A stretch of DNA of 64,000 nucleotides, from contig OZ281500.1 in the NCBI GenBank assembly GCA_965637545.1, positions 6,944,001 through 7,008,000 on the forward strand. The letters run 5' to 3'. Numbering within the stretch: the stretch's first letter is position 1; the number at the start of each line of letters is the position of its first letter. The translations under genes and the position numbers were made by a program. The DNA comes from Phallusia mammillata. Taxonomy: Eukaryota. This document shows positions 1 to 13,875 of the stretch, one piece after another. The notes below the pieces were generated by a model. The model made no database searches. It was not told the origin of the DNA and saw nothing but the letters and a program-made list of their open reading frames with translations.

Positions 1-3000
1 TCAAACCGTTTGTAGGTTAGATAATGCATGTTATAAGTAAAATAACCAATTACATTCTTCCTTACATAAAATACCCTATAATGTGAAACTTATAGCAGAT
101 AACGTAAAACACAACGACTAAGCAACTGCGACCGCCCCTTCCAGCGCTGACTTGCTTACTAAATGACCGTTTACTACGTTCAGACTTGTTCAGGTCTTGT
201 CCGGGCGTGCCCTCGCCAACAACACGGTCGACTACGCCATTCAAATCCAACCGACGTACTACAACCGTTTGCTTCTCGAAATCCGAGCCCCTCCTCTTAT
301 TGCCCTGTGTCTCTTTTTTTCTCCATGGGTTCTCCGCCCTTCTCTTTTTTCATCATTATTGCCTTTTTCTCTAGTTTTCGCTTCTCTCTTCACCTACTCG
401 ACCAGCACCGGCGACCCGATCGCGCCACACATCTGTTCGATTCCCGCAGACAAGATTAAATCGATTTTCACGCTCAGTGCACAGCAACGAATGCGACATA
501 TGACAGCCATTGTGCGCCTGTGTACAAGTTAACTTTCATTGTTCGTTGCGTTCCACCAAAATGTACGCGTATTGGCGTACTGACTTAGCTGGAAACAGTT
601 TTGTAGAATTTTGACAATGTTTAACTGTTGTATATGAATTAGAAATAAATATTTTCAAAAACACTACTAAAATGATACAATGGAAAACAATAAAACAATG
701 AAAACTACCTTTACCAACCTGTAACGTACCCCACTATAAACGATAAATACAAGATTAATTGGATTTGTTAAAAAAACGGAAAATGCAACCTAAGTACATG
801 CGTTGTGTACGAAGCCGGATTGTGGTTTTTGTGAACACCTTGTGCCCTACTTTTGTCGACAAAGCTGCTTATGATTGGCTTAGAAAAGTATACATATACT
901 TCGACAAAAATCAATAATCTTTCCACCTATGAAAACATACTACAAGCTGTATATCGTGTCATTTTGCTACAAATGTTTATCCTAAATGCAGGGTCGTCTT
1001 TCCAAACCCGTATTTTTACCGCTGTTTGATGCTCGCGTTCCAAAGTCGCAAGCTCTCGCGACAATTCCTTTAACACATGTTCATTGTTCAGAATATGTTG
1101 TGGTCACAGTGGCACGCGTTGCATTATTCTGCTGCCAAATTGCTTTAATCGCCGGTGAAAGGCGATAATTTGCGCCCGACATACGGCGCACTCAGGGGGA
1201 CAGAGCATATGTCGCAGCGGCGAACGTCAGGGCTGTCGGCTGTTGCTCTGTGACGTAACAAGCAACAGATGGCTGAACGAAAGTGCCCACTCGGGCAAAA
1301 ACAACACTGACATCGCAATCGATGAAAATCGCCATTGTTCAGTGGTTTAGAACAACTGCTGTTGCACATCGGTTTATCTGCATTGTCTAATAGAAAGTAA
1401 ACTTGTTGAACACGACTTCGTGACATATTGTTGCAAGCGTAAAATCGTGTGTGAAAACGTTTGTTTTGCTAATCCTTTGTCACTATATGGATCTGTCCTT
1501 TGATCGAGCCCAGTTGGTTTGTAAATCACGGTCCTTTCTTTGTGGTATCAGGGACGTGATGAAAGGCGCACCGACAGCATCGCATGGCAACGAGCTCATA
1601 TATTATTCACCCAACTAGCGATCCGCTGCTAATTACTCAACAGCAGGCAAAGGTGGCACGTGCAAAACCAGTTAATATACACTGAAACAGACTCCGGCGC
1701 TCGACCTCTACTATCGACTTTCGTGAAAGGTGACACCAAGAGCCAGAAAAGTGAAAACTTCGCGCCCTATGTACTTGCCCCATTTCACAGCCAAGGTCGA
1801 AAAGCTTTTTGCGCCCGATTTACGGTACAGCAGTTTCCCTTGTAAACCAGCGTGATGCTCTGGTTGCAAGTTCCGAAGCAGCAAGGCGAACGGGCATTTA
1901 CATCACAACTGCTTTGTAGCGCAACTGTTGACACCCGTCAAAACAAAGGCTCTGTTAAAAACGCCAGGTCTGCCTTTTAATGTGCTTCAAAGGTAGTCTT
2001 TATCGCACAGTCTACTTTGAACTGTGCTTTAGCTTATCCACAAGTACTGTTAAGTCCTTTGCGACATCAACATGAACTTGGTTGGTGACAGCGTTTATCA
2101 AACAAAAAATATCAAAAAAACAAATTAAGAAACTGTACTTCATTTCATTTTTTGCAAAAGGTTGATCGAAATTCAGTTTTATAAAATCCTATGAGGCCTT
2201 TTTTTCTCTATATAACGTAATTCATGTGGGATATTTACTTTAGGAAAGAAGGAAATAATGAATATTGAAGAGGTAGATGGAGTAGTGCCTATACTCAGTA
2301 GGCTGACCGGGCCAGTAACCAGGAAATGAGTAACGCGCAATAATTTTTTTCATTTTACGCAGTGTCGTTTTAAAGTCAGTGAGTGCCGTTTGAAAGTATT
2401 ATTCCTAAACCTGCGTGATCTCTTTTTGCCTCTTCTGTTCCAAATTTATTCGCCGTTGGCGTGCATAAAATACGATTATGTTTTTGGTGTCAATTTTACG
2501 ACGAAGAAAGTTATCACCAAAAAGTGCGATTGTTAGTCGATCTTGGTGTCGCTTTTCACGGCTTAAAGCAGGCTCAGGAGTGCAAGTAAACACTGCGGAA
2601 TGTTTATATCCGGTCTGCACCATAGAGCCGTTTCGCACAAAAACACGCTCAACAGAAAAGTAAACTACCCCCTTTCCGTAATCGCCTCCAAATATCAATA
2701 AACGCCAAGCGAAAATATTGGAAGTGACGTCATTCGACCAAATAAGGAAAAAACAAAACCCGCAATACTTGTTGAGTGGCTTATGTTCTCAACCTAAATA
2801 TTTTTGTTGAATCATAAAACGCTTCCGTATTGTGTCAGTTTGCGTGATGGATTATCGCGCAACGACCAAGTGACTCACAATGGATTAGGCTGTTGGGAAA
2901 TGTTGCGTTCCACACTCGGTCCATTGTGGTTTCAAACATTGCAAACAACAGCCATTCGCTTGTTTTAATTCCCCTAAGCAGTTGATATCACACTCGCGTT

Positions 3001-3941
3001 GACAGAGTGAAATGAAACTATGTCCGTTGTAAGGGGTCGGAACATTCCTGAGCCCGAGATTTTCAACCACAATTGTTCATTAAGAAAATTGTCATTTGAC
3101 TGACAGATCACCGCAAACACGGAAAACTGGCAATATTTATCATACCTACCAACGTTAATCAAAGAGTTTTTGTGGCTATGTTGAATTTCATTTCGTACGT
3201 TCGAACACGTTTCGCTTTGCCGCTACAGGTTTCAAAATACTTTGTTTGTATCTTTAACGTTTATTTGTGAAGCTATTCCACGCTCCATAAACAGGCACAA
3301 TTTATTTTAGAAACAACCCGGAACTTCGTTACCATACAAGATTTTTCGCGCGTGCTCATGTCTAATTTGGTCCCGTTGGGAAGCAACCTCCCTCGTCAAG
3401 CAAAACAGGTGGCTATTCTTGCTCGCATGTAGGCTTGTAAATTAGCTCCAAGCATGTCGATAACAACCGGTGGCCTTGTTTGGATTACACTGCAAAGGTC
3501 GTTTCCTGCGTTTATGTTTCCAGTTCGGCAGCTGTACATGGTGTTGCTATTGATCTTTCTCATTGCCCTTCGCTTTGTGCAGGAGTCGAATCTGAACGTG
3601 TTATCCTTGCCAAAACAAATAACACGAATGCAGTTTGGCCCAGTGTTAAGTAGGTGCTGTTTAACTGAGATCCCCTTTCACTGTTCGCAATCATCTGTTA
3701 ACGGGGTTTCATTTATTTGCTTAACCCCGCTTTTTAATTTTACTACTGCGGCGTCCCTCCGCTGCGCTAAAACTGAAAATTTATGATGTATAGCCAAAAA
3801 ATTCAGACGAACTTTATGATGCAAAATCATTGCAGAAAACGCAGGGTACATAACGTCATAAAACTGTGCTTATATACAGAAATTGTCTTGAATCAACGCG
3901 CGCTCATTACAGAAGATTTTGGTTGCGTATATAATATATAC

Positions 3942-4080
3942 TAGACTGAAGCTTTCAGTAATCAGCACACTTACATCAGTCCGAACTTTTCGTCATGCAA
4001 TGTAAAATTTGTATTTTTACATATTACATTGCATGACAAAAAACAATGACTGATGTAAGTGTACTGAAAGCTTCAGTCTA
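3942..4080. repeat. 139-bp foldback / palindromic MITE-like element
   Basis: Nested inverted repeats: tagactgaagctttcagta / tactgaaagcttcagtcta (19 bp perfect), cacttacatcagtc / gactgatgtaagtg, gtcatgcaatgtaa / ttacattgcatgac, around a short AT-rich loop. Confidence 0.85.
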
Positions 4081-7000
4081 TAGTTTATAGCAGTAGAAGA
4101 TTTAAAACTTCCGATCACACACAAATAATAAAACTGTAATTAGATAAACCTCATGTCACATTAGAAACAATATTGACAGACGACGATGAGGTTTGAATTA
4201 GGTTTCAAAAGGAAAGGGCGTGTTGTTACACTTGCACACCTTTGTGTCCGGTCACGAACGTATAAACCATGGCTGAAGTTCATCCGTCGTATTAAAACAA
4301 ATTCAGGCGTGGCGGAAAGAAAAAATAATATATTGAAATCATGTTTGCTTTGTTGTCAACCCGATTGAAGGGGGTGTACAGGCATTCTAACAGTACAAAC
4401 AGGAAATCTTTGCCATCCTGACCAAGTTAACTGTTGTTGCATTGTTGTGCATCAAATACTGCTAAACAGAAACAAACCTAACATGCAATTGTGCCAATAT
4501 TTTTTCATCAACATTTGCAGGATAAACAATCTGATACCCTAAAGTTTCAATGTTGTTATGTTTTAATTTTAAAATATAGCGTAAGTTTATTAAAGCCAAA
4601 TCTGCGATTGTTTACGTCTGAGCTCGAAGTCTGTTGTAAAGATTGGGCTTGTGGGTAACGAACACTGCGGACGCCACTTCAACGTAACGGCGAGACTTTT
4701 ACGCGTGTTGCGGGGCGACAAACTCGTAATGATGTATAGTTTTGTTCAGTGGACAACGGAATCTTTTAGTGTACAAAGGCCAAAAACCCTTCATCATTTC
4801 CGTTAATATCAGCCACGATATTGAGAGCACTAAGTTCACGATTGATATAATGGCGAAGAGTTGATTCAAGTATTGTTTGAATTAATGGCGTGGATTAAAC
4901 AAAATTGGATCTCTGTTAATATCGATCGTTTTAATCGGATGAAAAATCGATTTAAGGACGGTTTTAGATTTTCAATTGCTTGAAGTACGGTGTTGTTGTA
5001 GTCGACGATAAACTTGTGAGTATATTTAAGTGTCCGGTGCTGTAGCCTAGTGCCTACGTGATCAAACACACGTATTACAAGGGCAAAGATGTGGAAATTA
5101 AATGCCGCAGCAATTGCATAAAACTTTATGGTTGCGGACAAAACCCACCATACTTATACACTCATCTTTTCACGAGGAACAGTTCCTTGCATTGTAAACA
5201 CTACTACCGGTTAAAAACCTATTGCGGCAAACAAAGTTTTACGTTTAAACGAGCAACACAGGTGGCTGAGCACAGAGTCGAGGTATAGGTTATTGTTTAA
5301 CAGCTTGCATTTTATGTTTGTCCTGGGTCCCACACACCTGTTACCGCCGTAAAACAGTTGTTAAATGGTAGCGATATCAATGTTGACCAAGTTTTACCGC
5401 GGACGAACGAATTAAATTTGAGAGAACCAAACCCTGAACGTGCTACCTTGCCCTAAACCTGGGGTATTGCAAAGATGGTCTGTTTTTCCCGTCAATATTC
5501 ACCCGCACACATCTCAAGAGATGGAGTTGTTTGGCACGCGACGAGTTCAAGCACCTCTTCTGGCTAACGATTGACAGCGTGCCCCGGGTATAATTTATTC
5601 TTTTATGGCGACGGGTTTTTGTTTAAACTTCCAGAAAAGCAACCACATTGTTGCGGGTGAACGACTCTAACGGCCTCACGATTACCTTTGGACTTTGATG
5701 GATTGCCATGAAAGTAAAATGCTGCGTTGGTGATGACGCCTATGGTGTTGCTGGTTGACATGAGATATGGTGTTTCTGCTATCTTTGCTCTGTTATGTGT
5801 TCATTTGTGTAACTTTACACTTGTGCATTGCATAAAGTCTTCACTTGCCTTTATCAAGTTTAATCACATTGCAAACCGCATTCACCGTCTTGTTGTCGTT
5901 GCTGGGGGATACAAGGGTTGAAGTTTATGTCGAGATAACAGTTCAGGCGTGCAAACACTGTAATTGCTGCACCTTGCGTATTTGCAACCACAGAAGACGG
6001 TGGTTAATGTGGTTGAATTGTTACTGATGCGTAAGCGAGGTTTCAATTGCATGCAACACAACCTCATGCATGCAACGCTAGCTTCATTTCCGCGAATGGT
6101 CTCTTATGTTGATCAGTTTTGAAGTTAATCGAGCGCATCATTTAACAGCCCTGGTGCGCAGTCAAGTTTTCCACATGCACAAGCAAGAGAAAAGGAAAGA
6201 AAGATGTTCTTGAGCCTCGCAAGGAGCCAGTAACCAAGACGCCGCCAAATACGTAAACAAGTTTCCCGCCTATTTCGTCACGTGCTTCGTGCAGCGCTAG
6301 TGCAAAACATCCTGACGCGGCGTGATGTTGTTCCCACCGCTACCTCACCAATACCAAGTAGTTTGTTTGCTGCCATTGATCTTAAATGAGTTTGTCGGTT
6401 CACATTATAACTCATTTAACGTTCTTCTACGAAAAGCGCCTTTGTTCGTGTGCAAGTTTTAGGTTGGGTGTTTTGCCAGGTGATGGCATAGGATCAGGAT
6501 GCTCATGGAAACGGCTGTCGGTCGGCGCAGTGCAAACCTCCACAGACACCGCCGTTAAAAAGGTTTGGTAGTCACACTTGCGGGTTCATTTCCTTTTACT
6601 GTGGGCCTCCACACTATCTTCGCATCAACTTTGCCACGCATGAAAGTAAGACTGAAGGAAACCTTGGATGAAAAGTTAGTGGGCAACTTCCTCGCATAAG
6701 ATTTTGGCAAAGGCTGAATCAAAGTTTTTCCTACCAGCAGTAATGCTACTGTTTAGTTTGTAATCTTCTTGCATCCGCCTTAAACATATTGAAATAAAAC
6801 GCCTTAAATAAGTTTTCATCCGGCTTTGGAGAAGGTTTTTATTGGCCTTGCCCTAATCCAGGCTTCAAAATACTAATCTTTGCTTGTATTGGGAGAGATT
6901 TACATCGCCCACAAAACCGCTATCAAAGCCAATATCCTGTTTTGACCAAATCCCTTCTCACGCTGTGCGGCAACAGCACTGTCGTATTGTTCAAGCCAGT

Positions 7001-8954
7001 TTCCAAATGCTATTTTAAGCCAGTTGCGAATTCGTAGTATTTTGAGCTAGCTTTTCAAATATAAGTTGAACTTTCACTTCGGGGTCACTGATAATTGTTA
7101 CTCTTTAATGTTGGCACAGTTATGTAACATCGATGTGGCATTCTTCAGCATCGTTATAAATGTATGTGTGTGAAGGAATATGCATACGTAAAGCTAACCT
7201 TAATAGACAACTGGTGTTGTACACGTTTTTCACTCACACGTTGTTGCGGCGCAGACAAGGGTGATTTTGAAAGTGTTTCCAAAATTTTTGTCTTGTGGTA
7301 GTCTGTTGAAAAGTAAAACAAAACGTAACCAACATGTGGCTGGAAAGTATTTCTTCTACAATAAACACAAGTTGACTATTTGGAGATTGGATAGCATGCC
7401 AGCAGAGAACCAACAACAAAAACCTTCGCGCGACCCGGGAGCACACAAAATCCACGTCTATTTGTCAAGTTCGCTGTTATTGAGGTAATACACGTACGTC
7501 GACAAACCCATTCGAACCCCTGCGTCCTCGAACTCACAACGTGCGGTTAGGTTTCGCCGCGGCCACACACGAGAGCTGAAGAGCAGACCATGATACTAAT
7601 GCTACCCTTGGTTGGGAAACATCATTGCCGACTTCAGTGTATCTCATTAAACACGGACTGGTAAAGATCGAGTTCGGGTGCGATTCGCTTGCCTTGATGT
7701 TAAATGCAACGTATGGAAAATTTGTAAAGTTGTACAGCATAAATGCAAGATCGGGGGATTTTAATGTGGTCTGTTTTACGACACTGCCATTTTACCACAA
7801 TTGTAGCCTACCCTGCAGTGTTTGTCCGCCTTTACCTATACAGGTATTTCCGTCTTGATGATTGTATTGGGGCGATTGTGTCGCTATGTTTTGTTTCTCC
7901 ATAGAAAATAATTGCAACTGCAATCAAGTGTTGTGTTTTTGGTTGTATAGTTGACAGTTTTCTTTGCTTTCTCGTGGCTTTGATCAGCAAGTTGTGAACG
8001 ACGTTGGTGGCGAGAACCATTGTTGCTTGATGCACTTGTCTCAGTGCGTAATTACGTCAAAAAAGTTGTGGGTAGGAAACGCCGTCGCCCGAACGTCGAC
8101 AAAGCGAAATCGTAACTGTTTGTCGTTGCTTTGTCTTCAGCCACCGCAGACAACGACCTTGGTCAAAGAGACAAGTTCTTTCAACTGCGGAAATGGTCGC
8201 GCGTCGTAAAACAAATAATTGCCTCCGAAAGGACCCATTTCCCGGTCGCATAACGAACTAATAACCCCGTTAACACAACTAATTGCATGTCCGTGTGCAT
8301 ACCACGCCTTACTATCTCTGCTACAAAGCCGCAATTAAACTGTCATAATCACAGCTTCGGTGCTAGTTGCGTGACGTGGCGACCTAGTAGTTTTTGTTGA
8401 CATTTTTTTCTTTGTGAGAAACACTTGCTGGTAGAAATTCGTAGTGAAACTTTGACGAGTTAAATTTGTTGAGTTACCCCCAAACCCACCGGGCATACCC
8501 AAACAATCAAACTTTCGTTTCTATATTTGGTTTACATTTACATTGTTACAGGTGCTGGTGCTAAGAATGAGCGTACAGGCAAAAAAATCGATGCTCCTGT
8601 GTTTACATTTGTGTACTCTCATCTTTCGTATATATGCCGTGAAGTTTCGCATGCGATGGTCATCGTCAAGGCGAATTGTCTTTGATCAGTTCCGACAAGT
8701 GCCGAAAAGTATGGACATTTTCTCACGCCCATCCTCTTATCCTGGCCCTGTTGACCTTGGCCAGTAAATTGAAGGTCGTGGCATTGCACGTGACATCTCG
8801 CGTTAACTATCGCAGGTTTGATTGCTACAATCTTAACCGATTACAAGTATCTACAATTGTGGGTTTAAAGTTCAAAAGCGCCCCCAGCACCTTTCGATGC
8901 TAAGCCTCTTCTCTTTTTTGCACCTTAAGTGTAAAACAACAGAAAAATGGATAT

Positions 8955-9056
8955 ATAAGCTATTGCTGCCAGGCATAGTATCAAGTTTAAAGAGCTCTTC
9001 TGGCAAATGTAATTTTATTCCGACGTTTCGACGTCCTCTACAGGTCGTCTTCAAAA
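8955..9056 (-). mobile_element. Dispersed repeat remnant with a Penelope-like minimal hammerhead motif (degenerate)
   Basis: Minus strand reads uUGAAGA-cgacc..gtc-GAAAC-GUC-ggaauaaa. It shares ataagctattgctgccaggc (20 bp) and cgacgtttcgacg with a second copy at 33199-33273. Confidence 0.5.
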
Positions 9057-12000
9057 AAATGGATGTGTTATAAACGTCCATCTAACAATAAATTTACCAT
9101 TTCACAACAAGATGAGTTTTGAAAATTTGGCCTGAGATAAACCGAGCATCCTTCCCACGTCAATAACCAACACTCAGATGAACCAGCATGAGCTCAAGCA
9201 CCCCCTGCTGTTTCCAATGCTCCGGATTATCCGCCTACGTCGAGTTGGAAATAATTGGATCTTTCCAAAACCTATTTGACTCCGATGTCTTGCCGACGAC
9301 ATCACAATTGAATTTGCGAGACCCGATGCCTGGAATATCCACATGGGAATATCAGGTTGCTAAAATGGGGTACTCGGTGGCTGCATTTCTTGAAAACAAG
9401 ATTTTGAGTGATTGAAGATTGCGCGGGAGGCTTTGGTCTCATTTGTCCCCATATTACTTTTGCACTCCATGACGTTTAGGCGTTCTTTGCGAAAACGATC
9501 CTAACACATTAATTAAAAAAACATGTAGGTGGGTAAATGCACCTTAGAAGTTGTTTGTGGTATTGGTCTTGTCTTCAGTTGCATGTGTGCTAAGACGGTA
9601 AATATTAACCTCATTCGTTAAACATTGGAAACGCTTTGAAAACGGAGTCTCGTTAACGCTGTATACCTTCGTTACCCCGAACGTTCAGAACATCAGTTTC
9701 ATCCAGACATGGGAGTCAACAAAATCTTTTGGAGCGTGACCTTCGCTATATTTCTATCTTTCTCTTTTCCACCCAGACCGCCCAGTCAATCTCCCCGGCG
9801 ACGCAGAGATTGCCGACGCCTTCCATCACTTCAAGATTTCTTATCTCAGCCGTAAAGCGTCGCGACCGCTTGTCTCCCCCCGGTAACCTTGACAACACCG
9901 ACGTCACCAGGGCCTTGTTTTTGACGGCAAAGGGAGAAGGTTATGGATTGGTTCGGACTACACTGTTTTTACTGTACTTGTCACGTTAGTATCACGTGAT
10001 CCAGTTTGAAGATCACCCAGTCTAAACTTTTCCACTCACCATTAAATAAATCAGCGTTACACAACTTGTGCTATCACCGTTGACGCCAAAGGTTATAAAG
10101 TCGAGACACACTGTTACTCTACATACATATCGTCAATAGTTTCGACCTCCCGGTTTGTTGTTTTGTACAGTGAATTTAATACCGTTGAGATACGCAAGCG
10201 AAAGTCCCTTATTTTGCACAGAGTGCTGATATCATGCTGATATTTTTAAACCAGTAAAACATTGTTGCTTTAAATACCTGACAGCTGTTTTGCAGTCCGA
10301 ATGTTTGGTTTTGATCAAAGTGCAACATCGACAATATAAGCTTGGCAAGGATAGAATAGGTTATTTATTTCAACGGCACAAGCAAACCAAATATATTGGA
10401 CGCATCGTCGGGCTTGAAGCAATTCGAAAACTTTGCAATAGGTCAACATATATATTTATACATGTAGCGCAAGCTTCTCAGAAAAAAGAACACAGCAGTC
10501 TGTTTGCACAATCCATCCATAAGGAGTTTACCAATATCAGCAACCCTACGTGTTTCATTCAATCACATTCGGCTATAATGTTGTAAGTATTCATACCTGT
10601 TGCATCAACAAGCCTTATTATTCCGATTTCATTTAAAAGAGTATGGGCAGTAACTGGACTTAAAATAATATAGAAAAGTACTAACAGTGTTTGTGGCAAG
10701 TGATTTCGAACCAACAAAACGTTTTGGCAGTGCAATCACCCATTTGCATCTAAATACATTTTTCAAGTTTTCACATATGTTGCCCTGCCAGTGGCACCTA
10801 TAAATATTTCTATTAAATTCAAACACATAAACTCATTTAAGCCACCAAACTTAATCTTTTGCAATAAAACAACACTTATATATGGTGTTCAGAAACTTAA
10901 AATGCACAAAAAAAGTAAAAGCGAAATACTACATGTTCTTGATAGGATGGAAAGTTGATGACAAAAAATGACACACTCTGGTTCTTGTATCTAGTTTCTG
11001 TTTCAGTGTAATGTTGAATTAGATGGCCATTTGTCGTTGTGCTTGCGAAAAAGGAATCACAGTTTATAATTCTCCAAGAAACTCGTGGGCGCCACCGTCC
11101 GACGACTATAATTCTTGTCGCAGTTTTAAAAGGGTATGGACAGAAAAATATCCTGAAAACAAACAAAAATATAGTCTCAAATTTGTTTCGTAGTCACATG
11201 AGGAGTCGCTAATCAGAATTTGCGTGCGGCATTGTTTTGTACACAAATGAATCTCTTCTCCACACAGTTACACCGTTTAGTTTGGAACCGCTTGGTTTCT
11301 CTTGAGTGCATGTGCCTCGCTTACCGGCGAACCGTGAAGGTACGGGCCATTCGTTTACGGATTACGGCCCAAGCTAAATTTGCGGCAAAGTTCGGGGTCA
11401 ACGACAAGGGTAAGTCGTGGTGTCAGCGCGTCTGGAGCGTGATAACAGCAGACAGACATTCATTTGCATTGCGGCGTTGAACCGAGGAGTGACTTTCCTT
11501 TGACCGCAATTTGGAAAACGCGCTGATGACTTTTATCGCGGTTTGGATCGAGTCAACCGCGCCGGTAGACGTGAAAAATCGTGATCGAGTAGCCGATAAT
11601 CCTCCCGCGTTTGATGGTGTGATTTTGTTCAACTGTCGATGTGTTTTTGCCGAGCATGTCTGAGCCCCATGTAAGTGTGCTAATTCGTTTCATTTTGTTG
11701 TAGAATGGCTTTCAGACTGTTTTGGGTCGCGCGTGAACTATACAAGTTTATCACGTCTGTGCTCGCTTACAGGGATCGGTTATTTGAGTAAAGAGCACGT
11801 TAAGTAGGTTTTTTGGCTAAAAGTAATTTAATCTCTGCGGGCTTCACTTTCACCACCCATATTCACTTTACACGCGCGAGCGGTCATAATCAAAACAAAC
11901 GCCTGGTCCAAGTAGAGCTGTTTATCATCTTAACCGACAACAGGCGCTGAAGGAAGGGCTGCGGTCTCGTTGGACACGCCGAGTAAGCTCTGAGTAATGA

Positions 12001-12984
12001 AACGTCCCTCCCTGCTTCGAAGCTGCCGACCAATTACAGCCGTAAAGCAGGGCTTAAGCGATCCCTGACTCTGTTCATGCTCCATCGCACCACTTACAGC
12101 GGGCGCGTGGCCTGCAAAGACAACAAAATCTAATTTAACGTACTGGCGGCCTCGCTTTGTTGCATCAACAGGCGACGCAGTAATTTGCGGCACCGCGCTG
12201 TGGACTTGTTTCAATTTGGTCCGCCAGATTTATGACCGAAGCGCGAGGAAAATTTGTCCTATGCTGCGCCGAATTGTTTCTACATACTGCGCCTTGGTTA
12301 TTTGACCTTCGTCGCTCTACGGCGTTCAAATATGCCAGGGGTCGCATGATTTGTTACGAAATGTCTGGACACCAAAACAACGCTGCGTCTAACCACCCAA
12401 AAGTCAATTTACACAGTCTCTATCATCAAAAACTAGCATAACATCGCTGTCTGAAATATTAAATGCACAAAAAATCGAATAACAGGAACCAGGAACACAT
12501 CGCACGAAATACAAAACTGCCGGAAATTTAGCACATAAATTTGAATGATATGATAAAATCGTTACTCTTCATTTAGTTTTGAGAAAAGGACAATCCCCGG
12601 AACTGCGTCAGCCCTAAAACGAACATGCGCACGAATCTCGCATCACAACTATTCTGGAGTGGGCAGGATGTATGGAAGAGGACAAACAAGATCTAGAGTT
12701 ACAGAAATCGTGCACGCTCCAACAGAAACAGACGACACAACTGCTAAACAACTACAACTAGCCCACTAGGGAATTTTAAAAGTTACGTCATAGTGGCATT
12801 AAACGACTAGACATGTTGGGAAATTACGCGAATCGTATGAAAAGATGGCGGCACCTAATTTCCATATCCTGGAGAAAGTTTTTCGTTGAAAATGTCATTC
12901 AGTTTTCTTGCTTGCAACTGTAATTAACAATACTGAATAGTACGTAAACAAGAAGACGACAATTTTTGTTTTAACATTTTTATA

Positions 12985-13148
12985 CGGGCAACTAATCACT
13001 AACAATGTACATTGCTGCCTTTAATGTGCCCCAGACAGGTTGCGGCAACGATATAGGTAAGCAAGACGAAAATTTGCCTTCGAATAATTACTTTGCGGGA
13101 AGCTAACCAAAAACAATGCGCATTGCTGCCTTTATTGTGCCCCAAATA
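12985..13148. repeat. Imperfect direct repeat, ~50 bp unit, period 111 bp
   Basis: aacaatgtacattgctgcctttaatgtgcccca (13001) vs aacaatgcgcattgctgcctttattgtgcccca (13112). Confidence 0.7.
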
Positions 13149-13875
13149 CAAATGCATTAAATAATTTCTCTGGGTCCCCAAGTTGGTTTGTATTTGGCCA
13201 ACGCGGCATTTAGAGTTACCTTTCTCATATAAGCAGGTGGAAACTTATTATGTCAAGTGTTTTTTCTGATTGACACCAAACCTTAAATACGGGGTAAGTC
13301 GAGCAAAAGTCCCCGGGCGGACAATATCGTGTCTATTCCAACGCAGGCCCCGACAATGAGTCACCCACAAGTGCGGAAATGGGGACGCGCCAGCAAGATC
13401 ACCGGCCGCAGTGGAGCGTTACATGCCACGTGACTTTTATGCGGGACGATGTCGTTTTCATCGCGACACCAAATTCACGAAAATCTGATGACACTATAAG
13501 GTGGCTTTTGACTTATTTCACGGTCGTCGCTCGTAACTGACTCCGCACACCTGGACAAACTACGTCCGGGATCCGAGTTATTATAGCGAAAAAGAACGAT
13601 ACTGTGCTGCAACTTGGGCTTTTTAATCCTTCTTTGATTCAGGTTTTAATAAGGAACAAAAAATGACAGATAGTGCCTTTGTTAGGAAACAGCCATGTTA
13701 AAGTGTTTAGGATCTGTTTAGGAGGATTCTTGCTTTGCCTTAAATTGCGCAAATCCGTCAACAACTATCTTTGTAAAAAGGCTATATGCAGTGATGCTGT
13801 GTAAATAAACTTACGACATTCCTTTGTTCACTGTTAAAATATGCACTTTAAAAAACTTTTGACTTTAACCAACCT

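Noticed and set aside
2405-2470. FYARQRRINLEQKRQK resembles the p21 C-terminus and was considered as CKI exon 2
   Set aside because: No AG acceptor at the required position; the exon at 14048-13876 fits much better.
1-8900. Numerous 60-110 aa ORFs in the ORF track
   Set aside because: No recognisable domains, many non-ATG starts, overlapping on both strands, and no consistent exon chain found.
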